A program made the translations under genes and the position numbers. Shown piece after piece: positions 58,769-64,000 of a stretch of DNA of 64,000 bases. Location of the stretch: assembly GCA_021809645.1 (NCBI GenBank), contig JAJZKE010000001.1:47245-111244 (forward strand), in the 5' to 3' direction. Every line of letters begins with the position of its first letter. Within the stretch, counting starts at the first letter, position 1. Source of the DNA: a bacterium (lineage in GTDB: Bacteria; Patescibacteriota; Saccharimonadia; Saccharimonadales; UBA4665). Under the pieces are notes generated by a model. The model saw nothing but the letters and a program-made list of their open reading frames with translations. It was not told where the DNA came from and did no database searches.

Positions 58769-59619
58769 TGATGCTCGCTCCTTATTCGTCCACCTAAGGT
58801 CCTTAGTTCATTTAAGGCTTCTTTCGCTTGTTTTGGATTTGGAGCTCCGCTATGCCAATGAAAATCATATTCCATGAAGTCGACGCCTTTTCCAGGTACC
58901 GTATAGGCAATAATCATAACTGGCTGTTCGGTAACAGCTTTAGCCATTGAACAGGCATCAATAAATGATTCGATGTTATTACCATCAACTTCAATGACAT
59001 GCCAGCCAAATGATCGCCACTTTGCTCTAACATCCTCAATCGGCATGACCTGTTCGGTTGGACCATCTATTTGGATATCGTTTCGGTCTAAAATGGCAAT
59101 TAGATTAGATAGTTTATATTTGCTAGCTAACATAGCAGCTTCCCAAACGTTTCCTTCGTCAGTTTCACCATCTCCCATAACAACGTATACCCAGCGATGA
59201 TTAACCTTATCCATCTTATGGGCTAAGGCAATACCACAGCCCTGTGATAAACCACAACCCAATGGTCCTGATGTTGATTCTAGACCTGGCAGGCGAAGCC
59301 TCTCCGGATGTCCTTGAAGACGACTACCAAACTTTCTTAACGTCTTTAATTCGTTTTTAGGAAAATATCCAGCTTCAGCCATTGCTGCATATCTAACAGG
59401 CACACAATGACCATTGCTTAATAATAATATGTCTCGTTCTGGCCAGTCGGGATTTTTCGGATCATTATTTAAAATATCAAAATATAGTGCACTAAAAATA
59501 TCAGCTAATCCAAGAGGGCCGGCTCCATGACCACTGCCAGCTTCAACTAACATATCAATAATATCTTCTCTAATATCATTAGCTATCTCTTGTAATCGTT
59601 CAATTGGTAATTTTTGCAT
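58765..59619 (-). CDS. Transketolase, N-terminal (TPP-binding) subunit
   Basis: GSGHGAGPLG, LSNGH and GDGE.DEGNVWEA motifs. Confidence 0.93.
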   Translation of the reverse strand: MQKLPIERLQEIANDIREDIIDMLVEAGSGHGAGPLGLADIFSALYFDILNNDPKNPDWPERDILLLSNGHCVPVRYAAMAEAGYFPKNELKTLRKFGSRLQGHPERLRLPGLESTSGPLGCGLSQGCGIALAHKMDKVNHRWVYVVMGDGETDEGNVWEAAMLASKYKLSNLIAILDRNDIQIDGPTEQVMPIEDVRAKWRSFGWHVIEVDGNNIESFIDACSMAKAVTEQPVMIIAYTVPGKGVDFMEYDFHWHSGAPNPKQAKEALNELRTLGGRIRSEHQ

Positions 59620-60256
59620 CGTCTATATTTTCTAAGCTTTCTATTATTTTATCATAAGCGAGATGGGGGTTATCGCTGTCTTGAATAAAACCACCAACAT
59701 TTAAAACATCGATGCCACTGTCAACCAATACACTCGCATTCTGATCATTAATACCACCATCCCATGCTATCTCTATTGAGTTTGACAGATTCTTGATTTG
59801 AGGTACTTTTTCTAGCAACGTTAAATCTGTCTGCCCTCCCTGATAACCTAAATGTCCACTAAATATCAAAATCTGATCAAAATAACTAATAATATCTTTA
59901 AGACTATCGATACTAATTGATTGCAGTACGGCTAATCCAGTCTTGATGCCCGCTAGACGAAGATCGTTTGTAAACTGACTAATATTAGCTCTAACTTGGG
60001 GATGGATAATAACCATATTGGGCTTTAAATCGATTATTTTTTTTAAGACTTTTTTGGGATTCATATACATTAAATGAATATCGGCTAAAACATTTCCCGG
60101 CCAATATATCTGATCTATATCTGGAGACTTTGAGGGAGCTAATTTACCGTCCATCAGGTCAATATGAATTTGGCTGGCAAATTCTTTAATATTATCAATT
60201 TGTCGAGAGTATTCGACCATATTAGTTGCCGTAACCGTTGGACAAACGATGGCCAT
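59600..60256 (-). CDS. rpe: Ribulose-phosphate 3-epimerase family protein (divergent)
   Basis: IHIDLMDG, DIHLM, WDGGIN and GGFI blocks follow the Rpe TIM-barrel pattern. The GFGGQ loop is altered (LGYQGGQ). Confidence 0.7.
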   Translation of the reverse strand: MAIVCPTVTATNMVEYSRQIDNIKEFASQIHIDLMDGKLAPSKSPDIDQIYWPGNVLADIHLMYMNPKKVLKKIIDLKPNMVIIHPQVRANISQFTNDLRLAGIKTGLAVLQSISIDSLKDIISYFDQILIFSGHLGYQGGQTDLTLLEKVPQIKNLSNSIEIAWDGGINDQNASVLVDSGIDVLNVGGFIQDSDNPHLAYDKIIESLENIDDAKITN

Positions 60257-60258
60257 AT

Positions 60259-60699
60259 TTAACCTATACGGTCGAGCTCCTCGATACGTCTAATAAATCG
60301 GTCGGCATGCTCAAACGGTGTCGATAGCCACAATTGAATAATCTTTTCCATTTCACGCCAATTTGTTTTTTTAGCACTTAAGCACAGTACATTACTATCA
60401 TCATCGTTTCTAGACAAGAAAGCTTCATCAATATCCCAACAAATACTAGCCCTAATACCTTTAAATCTATTAGCTGCCATAACCATACCTTGGCCACTGC
60501 CACAGATTAATATGCCCCTGGAACCTTTATCGTTAAGTACGTGTTTAGCAACATCAGCGGCATATACCGGAAAATCATCTTCTCTATCTAGCTGACGATC
60601 ACCTTCATCAATGACTTGATGCCCTAAACTCTTTAAAAGGTCAGCTGTTCGATTTTTATCTTCAAATCCATTATGATCTGCGCCAATATATATATTCAT
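60259..60699 (-). CDS. rpiB: Ribose-5-phosphate isomerase B
   Basis: IYIGADHNGF and ILICGSGQGM..AANR motifs. Confidence 0.9.
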   Translation of the reverse strand: MNIYIGADHNGFEDKNRTADLLKSLGHQVIDEGDRQLDREDDFPVYAADVAKHVLNDKGSRGILICGSGQGMVMAANRFKGIRASICWDIDEAFLSRNDDDSNVLCLSAKKTNWREMEKIIQLWLSTPFEHADRFIRRIEELDRIG

Positions 60700-61742
60700 T
60701 ATTCGTGATTATGTTCGTTATTTTGATGAAGCACGCGGCCACTATCAGCCACGACTTCAACAAGTCTGTTTGAATACCCCCACTCGTTATCATACCAAGC
60801 AACAACTTTTAGCATATTGCCGGCTATAACTGCTGTTAGTTTCAAATCAACGATTGCTGAATGGCTATTGCCGATATAGTCAGTACTAACTAGCTCCTCC
60901 TCGGTAACATCTAAGATACCTTGATAAAACGGCTCATTAGCAGCTTTTTTAAAGGCTTCATTTACCTCGTCAACAGTAACATCTCGTTTAGTTAGGATTA
61001 CAAAATCTGCTAGCGATACTACAGGCGTAGGTACTCTGACTTCAAAGCCACCAAAAATATTATTTAAAGCAGGTAGAGCCTTTGAAGCAGCGATTGATGC
61101 TCCAGTTGTTGTAGGCGTAATATTCTGTGCTCCAGCTCGGTCTTCTCTAAGGTTCTTTCCCGGACCATCTTGGAGATGCTGAGAAGCTGTATAACTATGG
61201 ATAGTAGTCATCATCAGCTTTTCTATACCAAACGAAGATTCGATCACGCCAGCTACTGGTGTAATACAGTTAGTCGTACATGATGCGTTAGATATAACAT
61301 CATGATCTTCCTGAAGTTTGTCGTCATTAACACCTAAAACAACAGTTAAAGCGCTATCGGCGCTTTCCCCTTTAGCCGGAGCACTGATAACTACCTTCTT
61401 AGCGCCGGCCTGAATATGAGTTCGAGCTTTATCTGGTTCGACAAAAAAACCTGTAGATTCGATAACAATATCAATATCTAAGTCTTTCCATGGCAAAGCA
61501 GTTGGATCTTTTTCAGCTAAAACTTTAATGTGCCGGTCATCAACAATAATATTTTGATCGTCATATCCTACTTCTTGGTCATAAGTTCCATAATTACTAT
61601 CATGTTTTAATAGATAAGCCAATGTCGCAGTATCAGTTAAATCATTGATTGCTACGACTTCTAAGTCACTTCTTGAAAAAGCAATTTTAAATGCGTTGCG
61701 ACCTATTCGGCCAAATCCATTAATAGCTACTCTTGTTTTCAT
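60699..61742 (-). CDS. gap: Glyceraldehyde-3-phosphate dehydrogenase
   Basis: INGFGRIGR, SNASCTTNC and WYDNEWGYS motifs. Confidence 0.97.
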   Translation of the reverse strand: MKTRVAINGFGRIGRNAFKIAFSRSDLEVVAINDLTDTATLAYLLKHDSNYGTYDQEVGYDDQNIIVDDRHIKVLAEKDPTALPWKDLDIDIVIESTGFFVEPDKARTHIQAGAKKVVISAPAKGESADSALTVVLGVNDDKLQEDHDVISNASCTTNCITPVAGVIESSFGIEKLMMTTIHSYTASQHLQDGPGKNLREDRAGAQNITPTTTGASIAASKALPALNNIFGGFEVRVPTPVVSLADFVILTKRDVTVDEVNEAFKKAANEPFYQGILDVTEEELVSTDYIGNSHSAIVDLKLTAVIAGNMLKVVAWYDNEWGYSNRLVEVVADSGRVLHQNNEHNHE

Positions 61743-61855
61743 TTTTTTCCTTGTTTATGTTTATCCTTATTTATTGTAAAACGTCTGTAAACAATATGCC
61801 AAACGTCCTTGTCTTTTTTTTTAGATTATAGAAGTTAGTACACAGGTTGTATTAT

Positions 61856-62392
61856 TTACGACTGTGATTTGTATCGAACAATCGAATCGTTAATAACCTT
61901 TTTGGCATCTTCTTCACTGCCCCAACCATTGAAGGTTACTGAGCTACCTTTCCAGTCATTCTTCCATGATTTGTATTGACTGTAGAAGTGCTCAATCATA
62001 GGCTTAAAATTGGCTCCTAAGTCATCAACAGATTTTATATGTCTTTTGGTTACATCGTTTATTGGCAAACAAATTAACTTTTCATCATTATCACCGTCAT
62101 CAACCATATAAAGAACACCAATAGGTCGACAACTAACTACCACTCCTCGAGGTAAAGGTTCGTCAATAATCACTAGCGCATCTACTGGATCACCGTCCTG
62201 ACATAAGGTATTTGGCACATAGCCATAGTCAGCTGGATATCCCATCGACGTAGCGTTAACTCGATCAAGCTTAAGATAGCCTGTTTCTTTATCCATTTCA
62301 TACTTATTATGATCACCACGTTGAATTTCAATAAGAACGTTTATTTCTGCTGGTGGATTATCACCTACCCCAAGAGGTTTATAGTCAGACAT
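61856..62392 (-). CDS. ppa: Inorganic pyrophosphatase (family I)
   Basis: YPADYGYVPNT...DGDPVDALV signature. Confidence 0.96.
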   Translation of the reverse strand: MSDYKPLGVGDNPPAEINVLIEIQRGDHNKYEMDKETGYLKLDRVNATSMGYPADYGYVPNTLCQDGDPVDALVIIDEPLPRGVVVSCRPIGVLYMVDDGDNDEKLICLPINDVTKRHIKSVDDLGANFKPMIEHFYSQYKSWKNDWKGSSVTFNGWGSEEDAKKVINDSIVRYKSQS

Positions 62393-62476
62393 TATTTTTC
62401 TCCTTTTACCTTTATTTTAAGATATAATAAATTTTAAATACTTGCTAGTTTCAATTCTAAGTGATTAGATTTTACA

Positions 62477-63124
62477 ATGAAAGCAGTATTTGTTAAGAAA
62501 ATAAATATTAATCATTCTGACGGTTATAGTTTTTTCTTCAAGCCTGATAGAGCGTTAAAACATATTGCCGGACAATTTACCGAATTATCTATAAAAGGTG
62601 TCGGCAAACACTGGTTTACAATTAGTAGTTCTCCTGGCGAAGAATGCTTCTCAATTACAACTAGATTAACTGGAAGCCCATATAAAAACGCTTTAGATAA
62701 TTTAAAAAAAGGCGACGTTATTGAAGCTGCCGAAGCAATGGGTGATTTTGTTCTACCGGTCAATAAAAATAAAGAAATTCTAATGATTGCCGGTGGTATA
62801 GGCATAACACCGTTTCAAAGTATTATCAAAGATTGTTATCTAAAGCATGAAAAAAGAAATTTACATTTAGTATATGCTAGTAGTAAAAAAGAAGACTTTA
62901 TTGATTTAACAAAATATAAGTCGATACTAAAAAGTTATAAAAAAATTATTGGCCAACTAACCGTAGAAGATATCCTTAAATCTTCATCTCAACTTAATGA
63001 TCCGTATATCTATTTATCTGGCCCGGAAAAAATGATTGAAGTTTTAACTGAGAAGTTAAAAAATAGTGGTATAAAAGATAATCATATCATTGCTGATTAT
63101 TTTCCTGGTTATAGTCAAATTTAA
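62477..63124 (+). CDS. FNR-like FAD/NAD(P)-binding oxidoreductase module
   Basis: GQFTEL, HWFTISSSP (an RxYS-type FAD motif with substitutions), and GGIGITP NAD(P) motif. 215 aa with no partner domain. Confidence 0.7.
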   Translation: MKAVFVKKININHSDGYSFFFKPDRALKHIAGQFTELSIKGVGKHWFTISSSPGEECFSITTRLTGSPYKNALDNLKKGDVIEAAEAMGDFVLPVNKNKEILMIAGGIGITPFQSIIKDCYLKHEKRNLHLVYASSKKEDFIDLTKYKSILKSYKKIIGQLTVEDILKSSSQLNDPYIYLSGPEKMIEVLTEKLKNSGIKDNHIIADYFPGYSQI

Positions 63125-64000
63125 GTCTTATGACGATTTTCTAAATATTCTCTAATTTTTAGAGCAGCAGTCGCCCCTTCGCCAGCTGCTGAAGCAATTT
63201 GCATAGTAGCGCCACTTCGAACGTCGCCAGCAGCAAAGACTCCTTTCATCGATGTCTGTAGATCTTCGTCGGTTTTTATAAAACCAACTTTATCTAGTTC
63301 AATTTTATTTTTAAGAAATTGACTATTTGGAACTAATCCGACAAAGATAAAAACACCATCAACTTCTATTCCGTGAGGTCGACCTTTTTCAGTAACTTTA
63401 ATTTTGTTTACTAAATTATCTTGTCCCAATATCTCATCTGTTGTTGTTGATAAATGAATAGTTATCTTGCCGTTTTTAACGTACTTATCTAATTCTTTGA
63501 CTAGGATATCGCTTGCTTTAATGGTTGATCTTACTAGCATATCTATATGGCTTGCATAACGTGTTAAAAATATTGTCTCTTGTACAGCTGAGTTACCACC
63601 GCCAACGACGGCAATCCTCTTGTCACGATAAAATGCACCATCGCAAGTTGCACAATAATGAACTCCGCGAGCTAAATACTCTAGCTCACCAGGTACGCCA
63701 ATTTTTTTATAATCACAACCGGTGGCTATCAATACTGCTTTAGCTAAATGGTCACCATCTGTTGTTTTTAATAATTTTAGTTTTCCTTGATCTTGAATAT
63801 CATTAACTTCACCAAGTTCGATTTCTGATCCAAAACGTTCTGCTTGCTTTCTCAGATCATCAGCTAGACTAAGTCCGGCTATTCCGTCAGGAAAGCCTGG
63901 ATAATTATCAATCTTGTCGGTAATTGCTGCTAGTCCGCCAACTACTCCTCTCTCATAAAGAAGTGTATCAATATCTTCTCGAGTAGTGTATATCGCAGCA
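63121..64000 (-). CDS. trxB: Thioredoxin-disulfide reductase, partial (N-terminal ~15-20 aa beyond the window end)
   Basis: CATCDG redox centre and the GGGNSAVQE and FAAGDV motifs. The frame stays open upstream of the tracked TTG at 63732: my translation ...AAIYTTREDIDTLLYERGVVGG...AKAVLIATG runs to 64000. Confidence 0.9.
   Translation of the reverse strand, partial: AAIYTTREDIDTLLYERGVVGGLAAITDKIDNYPGFPDGIAGLSLADDLRKQAERFGSEIELGEVNDIQDQGKLKLLKTTDGDHLAKAVLIATGCDYKKIGVPGELEYLARGVHYCATCDGAFYRDKRIAVVGGGNSAVQETIFLTRYASHIDMLVRSTIKASDILVKELDKYVKNGKITIHLSTTTDEILGQDNLVNKIKVTEKGRPHGIEVDGVFIFVGLVPNSQFLKNKIELDKVGFIKTDEDLQTSMKGVFAAGDVRSGATMQIASAAGEGATAALKIREYLENRHKT

Noticed and set aside
61800-61820. 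T9 run after ACGTC repeats as an intrinsic terminator between ppa and gap
   Set aside because: The T run is on the plus strand, where no gene ends. On the minus strand it is an A run. The neighbouring AAACGTC copies are direct repeats, not inverted repeats, so no convincing hairpin forms.
63733-64000. Treating 63732 (TTG) as the trxB start, leaving 63733..64000 non-coding
   Set aside because: The frame remains open to the window edge and translates to a typical TrxR N-terminal FAD-binding region. The gene is therefore simply truncated by the window.
1-64000. Search for mobile elements, CRISPR arrays, prophage or defence islands, and large repeats
   Set aside because: No transposase, integrase or Cas-like ORFs, no regularly spaced direct repeats, and no long duplicated segments were noticed. 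Apart from the orphan ORFs reported above, every gap of at least 100 nt is accounted for as promoter or leader space.

Overview
This is an AT-rich, very gene-dense bacterial core-genome window. Nearly all genes lie on the minus strand up to about 29.2 kb, and many have overlapping or near-abutting stop and start codons.

Content in coordinate order:
- 1..20853: one contiguous translation/transcription super-operon on the minus strand. In transcription order it reads rpoB-rpoC, rpsL-rpsG-[orphan]-fusA, tuf, rpsJ, rplC-rplD-rplW-rplB-[orphan]-rpsS-rplV-rpsC-rplP-rpmC-rpsQ-rplN-rplX-rplE-rpsN-rpsH-rplF.
- 21089..37537: an MFS transporter interrupted by an in-frame TAA, clpP, tig, tRNA-Leu(UAG), recG, tyrS, a class A PBP broken in a T7 run, clpC and nusA.
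- 37683..53893: pepN, rnhB, rplS, a lone PilB/GspE-type ATPase, a SpoU methyltransferase, dnaE, gatC-gatA-[orphan]-gatB and uvrB.
- 53911..64000: a LOG/TIGR00725-like protein plus a 413-aa unknown, a gap-rpiB-rpe-tktN-tktC-fba-pfkB sugar-phosphate operon, ppa, an FNR-like reductase and partial trxB.

I saw no transposases, integrases, CRISPR arrays, rRNA genes or recognisable defence or secondary-metabolite loci. I cannot point to a convincing multi-gene novel system.

The signals most worth a second look are:
1. Three tightly coupled orphan ORFs wedged into operons that are normally invariant: 93 aa between rplB and rpsS, 227 aa between rpsG and fusA, and 144 aa between gatA and gatB.
2. A 488-nt spacer between fusA and tuf carrying an opposite-strand ORF.
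3. Two perfect-consensus CIRCE (HrcA) operators upstream of clpP and clpC, each with a -35-like hexamer inside the operator spacer.
4. Two interrupted genes (PBP1A and the MFS transporter).
5. Structured or promoter-like spacers before rplC and nusA.

Gene content and style (split transketolase, PfkB kinase, CIRCE, ClpC, YtxH, lone PilB, extreme compaction) fit a reduced-genome, Gram-positive-like lineage such as Patescibacteria/Saccharibacteria. That placement is inference only.
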